A stretch of 64,000 nucleotides of DNA from Thermoplasmata archaeon (GTDB taxonomy: Archaea > Thermoplasmatota > Thermoplasmata > RBG-16-68-12 > JAFNFQ01), in the NCBI GenBank assembly GCA_041489255.1, contig JBGPQV010000012.1:1-64000 (forward strand). The letters are read 5' to 3'. The translations under genes were made by a program, and so were the position numbers. Positions 9,465-19,062 of this stretch are shown here, piece by piece (position 1 is the first letter of the stretch; each line of letters opens with the position of its first letter). Under the pieces are notes generated by a model. It did no database searches. It saw nothing but the letters and a program-made list of their open reading frames with translations, and was not told the DNA's origin.

Positions 9465-11246
9465 ATGAAGTCTCGAGCGGCCGCATCCCTCCTATTCGGG
9501 AACCGTCAATTGGAGTCGTCCAATGGCGAGTGCGAGATAGTCGCCAAACCTCGCCATGGTAGTCTGACAGTCAAGCATGTCCTCATTGCCCTAATCATCT
9601 TTGGGGTCATTCTCCGTATGGCAGCGCTCGCAGGCCAGGATCTATCATGGGATGCCAACTATTATCTTACGATGGGAAATAGTCTCGTCCATCATGGGGA
9701 GTTCTGGATGCCCTGGGGGGAGCACTGGGTGGAGCAGTCAAACGCCTCGCTCAGACCATCTTTCAGCCATCATTTCTCACCGCTTTATCCATCCTACTTG
9801 GGGCTCCTCTACTCGTTATTCGGATACTCCTATGTCATTTCGAAGATCGCCGCGTTCATTGTCAGCCTTCTTACGATTGCTGTGATAGCGCGGACCACCA
9901 AGAACCTGTATGGCCGGGAAAGGGGACTCGTGGTGGGAGCGATTTTCTCGCTCTACTATGTCCTCATAATCGGGACAGCAGAGCTCGTTTCTGAGAACAT
10001 GACATTACTGTTCTTCGCTCTTACCATGTGGGCGATAGTCAAGGGCGTCAAGAACGATAGGTACATCGCTCTCGCGGGACTGTTCGCTGGCCTTTCCTAC
10101 CTCGTGAGATCCTCCCTAGGTTATTTCTTCATAATCGCGGGGGTCGCGGGCTTCCTATGGCGCTTCTACTACATGCGATGGACGGTGTTCAAGAACAAAT
10201 GGTATCTCCTTGGAATAACTATTTTCTTGGGCATCGTTGCGGGATGGGGAATCAGGGACATCATACGCTTCGGCTGGCCGAATTGGGAGACCAGCATATA
10301 CATCCAGTCCACGGTCCTTGCTGCCTTATCACAGCCTCTCCAATACTTGGAAACTATCCTTTTGCTGGTCCCCTTCTTTGTTTTCATTCTGGCAACATTC
10401 GGTGCTTTTTGGCTTCCTGAATTGAAAAACTCGCTTCATCGAATCAAGGATGAAAGGATAAGCGGCTTATGGCTCGCCGTATTCCTTGTTCCGTTCATCG
10501 CCCTTTTCATCTCTGCGGCATTGAGCATGGACGAGATGAAACAAGGGGTACCTCTATTTTGGCATGAACGAACACGCTATCTCTTCTACGCCTTCGTACC
10601 CCTCATGTGGTTGGCAGTGGGTCACACAGACTTCCATCTCGATGATTCTGTAGCGTCGATTTTCAAGAACATGAGAGTATCCTTTGGTGCAATCAAAGCC
10701 AGAGTGAGCGAGATTCTGCACAACCGCAAGTGGCTGGTCGCCATCCTATTTGTTTCTGTTGCTGCGGTGATCAGCCGACTCGCGATGGGTGGCTGGCTCG
10801 CAATATTCCTGCTCGTTGCTGCACTAGCGTTATTGTTTCGGTCACCACGCAAGCGCCTTGCCGTTTTCCTTGCCCTGCTCCTTGTATTCTCAATTGATGC
10901 ATCAACTGCGCAAGTAAGGTATGCTGAGCCGAAGGCGGCAACGGATATCAACTCGATGCTGACTGCGGGACAGTCTCTGGCTGTGGATTATACGAACTGG
11001 CATCAGGTGTATTTTCTATCTCCTTTCATAGATGATCCAGAGAACCGCATTGTCCCTTACGATGGTCATCCAAATGCCACATACATCGCGTCTTACATAC
11101 CAACCAAGACATATGACAATTATACTCCCATTCGGTTCTACTATGACGAGTTCGAGAGTGGCTGGATTGGCAAGACTCTGGCGGTTCTTGAGGGTTTCCC
11201 TTCGCAGACCAGAAATCTCATTCTGATTCTCTGGAGGCATAACTGA
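9465..11246 (+). CDS. GT-C membrane glycosyltransferase (ArnT/PMT-like, GT39/83)
   Basis: LSWDANYY acidic loop after TM1, PLYP, SENMT, AGLFAGLSYLVR and RYLFY; many TM helices. True start is uncertain. Confidence 0.75.
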   Translation: MKSRAAASLLFGNRQLESSNGECEIVAKPRHGSLTVKHVLIALIIFGVILRMAALAGQDLSWDANYYLTMGNSLVHHGEFWMPWGEHWVEQSNASLRPSFSHHFSPLYPSYLGLLYSLFGYSYVISKIAAFIVSLLTIAVIARTTKNLYGRERGLVVGAIFSLYYVLIIGTAELVSENMTLLFFALTMWAIVKGVKNDRYIALAGLFAGLSYLVRSSLGYFFIIAGVAGFLWRFYYMRWTVFKNKWYLLGITIFLGIVAGWGIRDIIRFGWPNWETSIYIQSTVLAALSQPLQYLETILLLVPFFVFILATFGAFWLPELKNSLHRIKDERISGLWLAVFLVPFIALFISAALSMDEMKQGVPLFWHERTRYLFYAFVPLMWLAVGHTDFHLDDSVASIFKNMRVSFGAIKARVSEILHNRKWLVAILFVSVAAVISRLAMGGWLAIFLLVAALALLFRSPRKRLAVFLALLLVFSIDASTAQVRYAEPKAATDINSMLTAGQSLAVDYTNWHQVYFLSPFIDDPENRIVPYDGHPNATYIASYIPTKTYDNYTPIRFYYDEFESGWIGKTLAVLEGFPSQTRNLILILWRHN

Positions 11247-11583
11247 GCGCATCACGCATGAATTGCTGAAGAGGAGCAGTGATCCGCCAATCGCTGCGGA
11301 CATAGTGCATCATGTTCTAGCTGAGTGTTCAAGAGAGAGCGATTTCCTCACATTCCTCCCGACATCGAAAACTGCGTTGTGACAATTGAAAAACAGGACG
11401 CTCTATGGTGGAGATGGTTCCTCATTTCCTTAGTCAGTATCATCGCCCCCTCAGAGAGTCCACTCTTCGTACCTGGAAGATGCAGGTTTATGCCGGTCCG
11501 GCTGAAGGATCAATGAATATCGATTTTCGCGACATGGTCTGCATGATGAGCATAGATTCGATCCAATTTCGAGGTGAATAATC

Positions 11584-12354
11584 TTGAGCTTACGTTCGGC
11601 GATTGCCTGTCTCGAACAACTGGCGCTATGGATAGTGGCGGCGGGAGCCTCTCTAGTGTTCGTTCAGAACTTGCTTTTCCTTGCGGGTCTTGTATCTATT
11701 GCGACTGGTAGTGGATTTGGCGGGGAAGTCGTGACCTCTTCTCTCTACCTGGACCTTCCGGGTTTGACGCTTCTCGGAATCGGTTTTCTCTTGTTCGCGA
11801 AAAGCATTCGCCGTCGATTTCCTGTCTCCGAAAGACGAGAACGCAACACCCGCTTGATATTTGCGAGTGGTGTTCTCTGCATTGCTTGGGTTCTGCTAAC
11901 TGTTGCATGGCGAATCATTGGCATGCATGGCCTCAGCAGCACGGCAAGCACTGCTAGCGGGCTCACTCCTGATTCCAGTGAGTTGGCAACAACGCTCTCA
12001 TCATTGTTCACACAAGTCCAATTGGTGGTCACGACATGGATGGTCGCCTCAATAGCACTCGCCCTGGCTACGATACTCTTTGCATGGTTCCTCTACCAAT
12101 GGTCTGACCGAAAGACGATTAGCGTGATCTGGCCCATCTTCGGCGTCATCAATGCAGTCGCGACAATGGTCCTCGCAGGTGCGATTTTGGGTCTTACTGG
12201 AGGAGAGGTCGCGTTTCCCGTCTTGGTTACGGGTCTCTTCCTCAAACTGGCAATCGTGCCGCTCTTTGGAATTGTGGCTTACTTCTCGCTCGCTTGGAGG
12301 TTCGTTCGTCTAGCCAAGCAATATCTGCATACTCCAGTCTCGACAGATAGCTGA
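11584..12354 (+). CDS. Hypothetical multi-pass membrane protein
   Basis: SD GAGGTGA plus TTG start; about 6 TM segments. Confidence 0.65.
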   Translation: MSLRSAIACLEQLALWIVAAGASLVFVQNLLFLAGLVSIATGSGFGGEVVTSSLYLDLPGLTLLGIGFLLFAKSIRRRFPVSERRERNTRLIFASGVLCIAWVLLTVAWRIIGMHGLSSTASTASGLTPDSSELATTLSSLFTQVQLVVTTWMVASIALALATILFAWFLYQWSDRKTISVIWPIFGVINAVATMVLAGAILGLTGGEVAFPVLVTGLFLKLAIVPLFGIVAYFSLAWRFVRLAKQYLHTPVSTDS

Positions 12355-12457
12355 ACCACCATGGGCAAGACGGTCGAGGAGGAGGGAACTTGGCTTTCAT
12401 GAGAGTCGTTCTTAGTTCGTTTGCGACTGAGACGCTCTGGCGTTCCCTGCCCGAATC

Positions 12458-12982
12458 CTAATTTATCAATCCATCTCCGAGGAACCGGCGAATCGCTGAT
12501 TGCCCAGAAATCCTGATCTTGACAATGAAGGCTATGAGAAGAACTGCACCCAAGATTTCACCACCGAATACATATGGATTCGTCACTAGGTTCTCGAGGA
12601 TTCCTCCTAGATCAAATCCGTAAACGGGGAATGCGAAACCCAAAGCTGGCCAAAGGATAACCTCAGGCATCTCCCACATCATGTCCAACAGAAGATGCAA
12701 CCAGACTCCAAGCGACAATACTACCCCGATTGCAGACTTGCCCTTCCTCGCTCCAAAACAAGTCGTCACACAAGTCACCGTTAATGCGAAAACCAAAGTG
12801 TGTGCGATTGACCTTCCACCGATAAGCCCTACAACAGAAAGCGGCTTGTCAATAATGTCTGGAATCATGGAGCCAACGAGCAGGAAGCGATAGTCTATCC
12901 GACCAAGCCGATTGCGAAGGAACCGTTTTTCCAGAATATAGGCTATTCCAAGGCTTATTCCGAGATGACCCAGAAAAAACAA
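12458..12982 (-). CDS. Membrane-bound metal-dependent hydrolase (YdjM-like)
   Basis: Motifs GH, GSMIPDIIDK, RSIAHTL, HLLLD and LWP. Confidence 0.8.
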   Translation of the reverse strand: MFFLGHLGISLGIAYILEKRFLRNRLGRIDYRFLLVGSMIPDIIDKPLSVVGLIGGRSIAHTLVFALTVTCVTTCFGARKGKSAIGVVLSLGVWLHLLLDMMWEMPEVILWPALGFAFPVYGFDLGGILENLVTNPYVFGGEILGAVLLIAFIVKIRISGQSAIRRFLGDGLIN

Positions 12983-13062
12983 TGCTTCTCACCAATGTTC
13001 GCAGCAGCAGGAAAGGCACCTTGGGAAAAAACCTTCGCTACTATGGAAAATCCACATCTGTG

Positions 13063-13725
13063 TCAAGCAGGCTGGAGCTTCCCTTCTTCCATTGAAAAGC
13101 GTCTAATCCCGTCATGGAGGAATCCGCTCTCCAGATTATGGCATGTGATGATGAGAGCTGCGCCTACTTCGTTTGCCTTCTCAAGGGCTCTGAATACCAA
13201 ACTGCGGTTCTGCTCGTCAAGAGAGGCTGAAGGTTCGTCTGCCAGCAGAATTGAGGGTCCGTTCGCCAGTGCTCTCGCAATGGCCGCTAGTTGACGCTGT
13301 CCGGTACTCAGCTCCATCGGTCGCCGTAATGCCAATGATTCCAGGCCAAAGGTCTCGAGCATATTCTTGGTTCTATCTTCCCGTCGTTCGGCACCAGCGA
13401 GCTTGAGAGGCAGCATCACATTCTGCGCGATGTTCAGGTCCTCAATCAGGTTGTGATCTTGGAAAACGAATCCGACTTTCCGTAACCGAACCTCAGACAG
13501 TTCCTTCTCTTTCAAACCTGTCACCGAATGTCCTGCGATCAGGACATCGCCTCTCGACGGGAAGTCGAGGCAGCCCGCGATGTTGAGAAGTGTTGTTTTC
13601 CCGCAACCATTCCTTCCGGATACTAATACGGCGTCGCGCGGTTCGACACATAGGCGAACGCCACACAGCACATCTTTTCTCCCATCATAGCTTTTCCACA
13701 CATCTATCAGTTCTAGGAGAGGAAT
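13063..13725 (-). CDS. ABC transporter ATP-binding protein (LolD/MacB-like)
   Basis: Walker A GRNGCGKT, Q-loop VGFVFQ, signature LSTGQRQ, Walker B LLADEP and H-loop TCH. The first strand PLLELIDVWKSY extends to ATT 13725. Confidence 0.9.
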   Translation of the reverse strand: MPLLELIDVWKSYDGRKDVLCGVRLCVEPRDAVLVSGRNGCGKTTLLNIAGCLDFPSRGDVLIAGHSVTGLKEKELSEVRLRKVGFVFQDHNLIEDLNIAQNVMLPLKLAGAERREDRTKNMLETFGLESLALRRPMELSTGQRQLAAIARALANGPSILLADEPSASLDEQNRSLVFRALEKANEVGAALIITCHNLESGFLHDGIRRFSMEEGKLQPA

Positions 13726-13810
13726 TTCCTGCGCCTCCGAAACCTCTAAAGGTTGAGAAAAGAGTATTGGCGAGCGCTATCAAAAGGATTTCGGGAAGGT
13801 TTAAGAGAAC

Positions 13811-14896
13811 ATGCTGATCCAGCTAGCCACGCGCACTTCTTCCAAGGTCGCTGCAACGGCCTTTGGCATCGCTTTGTGTGTCATGTTTCTCTCTGGGAGT
13901 TATGCTCTTCTTGATGGCCTGCGAGGATCGACAACCAAAGTCTCCGACCTATTCGACGAGGGGCCAATCATGGCTTACTCTCGCTTACCCTTGGAGGAAA
14001 GCTTTGTCGACCATGCGATTCTCAACGATTTACATGATTCGTTCAGTGCCGTACGCGTCGTCGCGGTGAATATATCATTTGGGGGTGTCCTCCTGCAAGA
14101 AACCTTAGCCGCCTCCGTTAGCAATGCTAGCATTCTTGGAATCAATCTGGCAGGTCTAAATGACGGGGAGACCTGGATTGGGAAATCACTACTCGCGTCC
14201 GCACGCAGACAGAATATCACAGTCCCTGACGGTGCATCAATTGAAATCGCCTCCCTCTCAGCTCGTTTGGTTTTAACGTTCGAGCAAGTTCATCCGGACA
14301 GCTTGCTTCCAGACGATTGGATTCTTGTCAGCGAGGGAACGCTGAAGCAACTGGCCCCAATTTTGGGGGATGATGCTTCGTTCCTGCTTGTGGATGAGGG
14401 ATCAGCCGATCTAGCTCGGCTCGAAGACGCTGGGCTTACCACTGTGCGATTAGTGGCGGCAGTCGATTTCTTCCGACAAGGGGTGTACAGTCTTGAGCCC
14501 GTATTGTGGGGGCTTTCCTTCGCTGCAGGAGCTGTTATTGTTGTGTTGACCTTTACATTGATGGCAATCGAGGTACGTTATCGGGCCACAGAGCTGCGCA
14601 TATTGAGACAAATAGGGGCAACACCGGGATTTCTGCTCCGCGTAATCCTCCTTCAGTCGATCTACGTATCCAGTCTCGGGGGGCTTCTTGGTCTAGCCCT
14701 CGCGAGTATTGTCACGAATGCTGTCACATCTTTCGCGCCTCTGGTGGGAATGTCGACATTCGTTCTTCCGGCGCCTTCCATCGCGGGTCTTGGCCTCCCC
14801 ATGTGCATCGCGCTAATCGCAGGTTTATTGGGTGGAGCATTTCCCGCCTATACCGCATCCGGAACAGCACGCAGGAGGATGCCTACACGCTCGTGA
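13811..14896 (+). CDS. FtsX/LolE-like ABC permease
   Basis: TM1, extracellular domain, then EVRYRATELRILRQIGA and three TMs ending FPAY. Confidence 0.8.
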   Translation: MLIQLATRTSSKVAATAFGIALCVMFLSGSYALLDGLRGSTTKVSDLFDEGPIMAYSRLPLEESFVDHAILNDLHDSFSAVRVVAVNISFGGVLLQETLAASVSNASILGINLAGLNDGETWIGKSLLASARRQNITVPDGASIEIASLSARLVLTFEQVHPDSLLPDDWILVSEGTLKQLAPILGDDASFLLVDEGSADLARLEDAGLTTVRLVAAVDFFRQGVYSLEPVLWGLSFAAGAVIVVLTFTLMAIEVRYRATELRILRQIGATPGFLLRVILLQSIYVSSLGGLLGLALASIVTNAVTSFAPLVGMSTFVLPAPSIAGLGLPMCIALIAGLLGGAFPAYTASGTARRRMPTRS

Positions 14897-16092
14897 AACG
14901 CCGGGCATTGCTCGGCATCGTACTATGTACCGCCGTTCTGGCGGCCTCGTACCCACTTCTCTTCGGCCTTGAGGCCTATCCTCGCCAGATATTCTATGGA
15001 CATGATGTTTACTCCATTACGCCGGTTTCCTCATGGGCGACTTTCGATGATGCCTTCGCCACGGCCCTGGCAAACCAAAGCTGGGCGAGAATCGTGAGCC
15101 CGGAGGTCTATGCCGTTTCCTCCTGGAATGGCACACCGGTTGTCGCGAGAGGTGTCAATCCTACGAGCTTCCTTGCGATAGAGAGTGCAAGTCTTGTAGA
15201 GGGCAACTGGGAAGAGGGCAACTTTGTTTTGGCCGGAGAAGGCTTCGCATGGAGAAACAAACTCACCATCGGCAGCCCGGGAGTGCTCGCAGGTTCCTCA
15301 TCCCCGAGAATCACACCTGTCGCGGTTACAGGCATCTTCCACGCTGACACTCCGTCGGTGGACGAGGTCTTGGTACCACTTGATGTCGCTCGAAGGCTTG
15401 CAGGGCTGAGCCAGGAGAATCTGGGAGCCATAAGGGTGCAAGCAGCAGATACAGCAGCCATGATGAATTACCTGCGAAGTACCAATGCATCGCTGGCTGT
15501 GGCAGGCAATGAAGGTACCCAATATCTGAATTCACCTCAGAGCGGTGACAATCGTTTGTCGAGTCTTCTTTTTCTGTATCCTGAGTTCTGGAGTGGACCG
15601 GACAGGAGCTTTATCCAGACCTTCGCTCAGCAAGGTGCCAACGGTGTTCGAGTCGTCGTCTATACCTTCCTCGTGCTTCTTTCAGTACTGGCAATCGCGG
15701 GAATCTTCTCCGTCGTATGGCGGGCAACCGCCGAAGCAAGCAGAGCGATCGGCATATTTCGCGTCATGGGCGCCTCGCCATCTGATGTCCTCAAGTTCGT
15801 CCTTTGGGATTTCCTAGTGCTTGGCTCCATTGCGATATTCGTAGGAATCATCGCAGGGTACATCGTTGCTACAACCGCAGGAGTCTTCGATGTCTTCATC
15901 GTATTCTCTCATGCAGTCAAACCACAGTTCAATGCAGCGCTGGCTTTCGCCACATATGCAGTGGTTCTCGTGACGACGATAGCATCCGGCATAATATGCG
16001 TGCGAGCAAGCATTCGACAATCCCCCAGGGACTTGATTGCGAATATCGAGCCGAGACGTGAGAGTGTCGAAGAGGAGGGGCTGCCACTTTGA
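14893..16092 (+). CDS. Second FtsX/MacB-like ABC permease
   Basis: GTG overlaps the upstream stop (GTGA); MacB-type periplasmic core (VVARGVNP, VTGIF, VLVPLDVARRL); IGIFRVMGAS plus three TMs. Confidence 0.8.
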   Translation: MKRRALLGIVLCTAVLAASYPLLFGLEAYPRQIFYGHDVYSITPVSSWATFDDAFATALANQSWARIVSPEVYAVSSWNGTPVVARGVNPTSFLAIESASLVEGNWEEGNFVLAGEGFAWRNKLTIGSPGVLAGSSSPRITPVAVTGIFHADTPSVDEVLVPLDVARRLAGLSQENLGAIRVQAADTAAMMNYLRSTNASLAVAGNEGTQYLNSPQSGDNRLSSLLFLYPEFWSGPDRSFIQTFAQQGANGVRVVVYTFLVLLSVLAIAGIFSVVWRATAEASRAIGIFRVMGASPSDVLKFVLWDFLVLGSIAIFVGIIAGYIVATTAGVFDVFIVFSHAVKPQFNAALAFATYAVVLVTTIASGIICVRASIRQSPRDLIANIEPRRESVEEEGLPL

Positions 16093-17729
16093 GACGCTCA
16101 CACATTCTGGTCGCCATTGTTTGCTTTGCCGCGATTACGGTACGTCTTATTCCTCTTGCCTACTCCTCCTTGCCTTACAATATCGATGGTTTCTCCATTG
16201 TGAATATCACCGAGCGGACACAGGTCTCCGGTTTCCTGAATCCGCTGCCTGACGACCCGAACTTACCCAACTACAAGGTCCCGTTTTTTCCCGTGCTGCT
16301 TACCATCCTCTCTGACGTCCTTGGGGTAGAACCCCTACTGCTTGCCCAAGTTGTCATCCCTGTTCTCATTTTGCCAGCCATCCTGGGGATGTTCGCGCTA
16401 ATGCGCCGATTGACCAAGAACGACGCGGCCTCCATGTTCGCAGCGCTCTTCATGGCGCTCGAAGGCATGTACGTATTCTTCACTGCGACTGTGATCAAAG
16501 TGTCGATTGCATTCGTCTTGATGCCGATAATCTTCTCCCTCTACTGGAATCGTGAGGATAGGCGGAAAAGGGCATTGGCGGCCTTTCTTCTGATTATGCT
16601 CCCTTGGGTGCACCATCTTTCTGCGCTGTTAACTTACGTAGCGATTTCATTCATCCTGATCAATGATCTCCTGGGATTGTGGAGAATTGGGAATCTGACT
16701 TGGCGGCGATTCGCCATGGAGATGGCCCTAGGGCCTGCACTTTTCATCCCCGGTCTGCTCCATTATAATTCTGTCAACCTCATGTATTTGCGAGAAGTTG
16801 ATGACGCACGGCAGATCGTCCTCTTCTTCTCGGTATTCCTTATCTTTGCCTTTGTCCATAGAACCCTATCCCTGCCAAGAAGACCGAAGAACCGTAACCG
16901 AGCAGCGAGAAGAAGCATCTGGCGAGCGATATTCGATAATAAACTCATCTATCCAGTTGGAGCTGTGGTCCTTCTCATCGTGAATTATCAGTCTAATATC
17001 TTCGCGGGGACGATCCAAACCAAACCTGCACTCTTTGTTGCGCTAGTCCCGTATGTCCTTCTGATCATGATTTGCCTTATCGGTTTCAATTTGATAAGGC
17101 ATTTTGACAATAGGTTCAGATCGCTCGCCATGGCGCTTTTCGTCGCTCCCTTCAGCATCATGGTTTTCGCATTCCTGAGAGGGCTGGACCCTCTATCGTT
17201 CATGATTCTATTCCGGTCGTATGTGTATCTGGATTTCGGACTCGCGATATGTGCAGGAATCGGAATCGCGTTTCTTCTGACATTGCGTCGAAGCCGCGCT
17301 CTCAAGAGCGTCTTGGTGGTTGGCTTCATCGTTCTTCTTCTCATGTCACTACCGCTCGGCCTCCGCTCCGAGGAAATGTATGACGTGGAGAATGCAACCG
17401 CACAATATGAGTTCAGAGCGATGTCCCATGTCGATTTCATCGGAGCCAAGTACGTGGGTTCTGATCAGCGCATGCTGGACATCTTCGAGTCCTATTTCCA
17501 TGGGCAGGGCGGCCCCTACCTACCTGACGAGATCAACCAAGGCGCAGACATCGGCCAATACGACTTTGTCCTTCTCCTAGACTCGTGGACAACGCTGGGA
17601 GCTCAGAGGTTTCCCATGCCAAATCTGATGGTCGACCAACAAAAGGTCGACCAGCTTGCAAGCAACAACAATGTCATCTACGCCATATCCTCTCCAATTG
17701 GGGGGGCGATTATCGTTCGTGTCCGTTAG
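16089..17729 (+). CDS. Multi-pass membrane protein, GT-C-like
   Basis: TTGA overlap with the permease stop; PYNIDGF loop after TM1, HHLS, about 12 TMs and a soluble C-terminal domain. Confidence 0.6.
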   Translation: MRRSHILVAIVCFAAITVRLIPLAYSSLPYNIDGFSIVNITERTQVSGFLNPLPDDPNLPNYKVPFFPVLLTILSDVLGVEPLLLAQVVIPVLILPAILGMFALMRRLTKNDAASMFAALFMALEGMYVFFTATVIKVSIAFVLMPIIFSLYWNREDRRKRALAAFLLIMLPWVHHLSALLTYVAISFILINDLLGLWRIGNLTWRRFAMEMALGPALFIPGLLHYNSVNLMYLREVDDARQIVLFFSVFLIFAFVHRTLSLPRRPKNRNRAARRSIWRAIFDNKLIYPVGAVVLLIVNYQSNIFAGTIQTKPALFVALVPYVLLIMICLIGFNLIRHFDNRFRSLAMALFVAPFSIMVFAFLRGLDPLSFMILFRSYVYLDFGLAICAGIGIAFLLTLRRSRALKSVLVVGFIVLLLMSLPLGLRSEEMYDVENATAQYEFRAMSHVDFIGAKYVGSDQRMLDIFESYFHGQGGPYLPDEINQGADIGQYDFVLLLDSWTTLGAQRFPMPNLMVDQQKVDQLASNNNVIYAISSPIGGAIIVRVR

Positions 17730-17744
17730 GATTCAGTCAGTGAC

Positions 17745-18839
17745 ATGGTTACATCAGAATTTGGGAGAAGTGAGAGAATGAAGATATTCCACCGAGTCAG
17801 GCTGAGATTCTCCCTTCTTTCATCACTTGAGGCTTCGCTCTGGCTTTCTGTTGCCGCTGGGGCGTTGTACGCAGCCTATGTGGGCCTGACTAGTGAGGGC
17901 TATCTGGGTAGTGAACACGACTACATGCTTGGCTATGTTGTGGCGTCGTTGCTGCTATCGCCAATCTTGGCCGGGATTCTAATCTCACCATTTCTTGCCA
18001 AATCGGGAAGAACCCGAATCGGAATCACTGCTGTGGCATCTCCCACTCTTCTGCTGGTCATCATCCTTCACATCACTGCGTGGGGAGTCTCTGCTTCGCC
18101 GTTCCTTGTTTGGGTGCGTCCCCAACTCGGGATTTCTCTTTGGTTGTTCACGCAAGTCGCTGTCCCCATAAGCCTAGTCCTGGTCTCGACATACGTCTTC
18201 AAGCTCTTCCGGGCTGCTCGCAACAGACCCTCTCCAGAGAGCTCAGACCCATCAACGCTGAAGCGTGAGAATCGTAGCTCACTTCGCCAGAAGAGATTGT
18301 TTGCCTCAATCTCGACCCTGCTTGTCATCCAATTTCTCATGATCGCCACCGGAGCCGCAATCACTGGAGCGAGCGTCAAGGAACATTGGTACTCACAAGA
18401 GCTCACGGCCTGGACGCATGGAACCGTGGTGGTGAGCGTCTCTTTCCTAGTGTTTGCACTCATTGCGGTGACTTGGTTGGTGGACACCAGAGCCAAGAAA
18501 GCGGTTGATGGACTTCTGCGAGGCAGGAGCCTATCGGGGGAACCTAATGGGGCTGTCCAAGCCGAGGCAAGCGAAGGATTCCGAACCGGGAAGATCGTAC
18601 TAGGACCGCTATTTGCCGGTTCAGCAATACTCGCAGTGAGCATAGTTGCCATTTTATTATCCGAAACCATGAGGGCAGACTTCGGCTTGAACACGGCAAC
18701 CGTGCTCTTCGTTTCCTACAGCTATTCACTCTATCCCTCTTATGTGCTCTTGTGCGTCTTGCATCTCCTGCGAATGCGTGGATTAAGAATCGCCAAGGTT
18801 TCCGAGGCCGTCTCAAGCGTAGCCTCGACCCAGAGCTGA
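17745..18839 (+). CDS. Hypothetical multi-pass membrane protein
   Basis: About 8 TM segments; co-oriented 15 bp after the previous gene. Start may be ATG 17778. Confidence 0.6.
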   Translation: MVTSEFGRSERMKIFHRVRLRFSLLSSLEASLWLSVAAGALYAAYVGLTSEGYLGSEHDYMLGYVVASLLLSPILAGILISPFLAKSGRTRIGITAVASPTLLLVIILHITAWGVSASPFLVWVRPQLGISLWLFTQVAVPISLVLVSTYVFKLFRAARNRPSPESSDPSTLKRENRSSLRQKRLFASISTLLVIQFLMIATGAAITGASVKEHWYSQELTAWTHGTVVVSVSFLVFALIAVTWLVDTRAKKAVDGLLRGRSLSGEPNGAVQAEASEGFRTGKIVLGPLFAGSAILAVSIVAILLSETMRADFGLNTATVLFVSYSYSLYPSYVLLCVLHLLRMRGLRIAKVSEAVSSVASTQS

Positions 18840-19062
18840 AAGGTCTTGAGGATTGAGAATGGCCCTTTTCTGAGAAGAAGATGGATTCACTCAGCCTCGA
18901 CCTAGTCCTAGACAAGTTGGTCAAGTATGGGCAAAAGGATTTGGGAGGAAGAAAATGCTCCGTGCCATTCAGCCACAGTTGCGAGGATCGTCAGACAGCG
19001 GAAGTATTTTATCTGACCGAGCCGTGTGCATTTCTCGAAGTTCGGGGAGGAGCACCGCAAAT

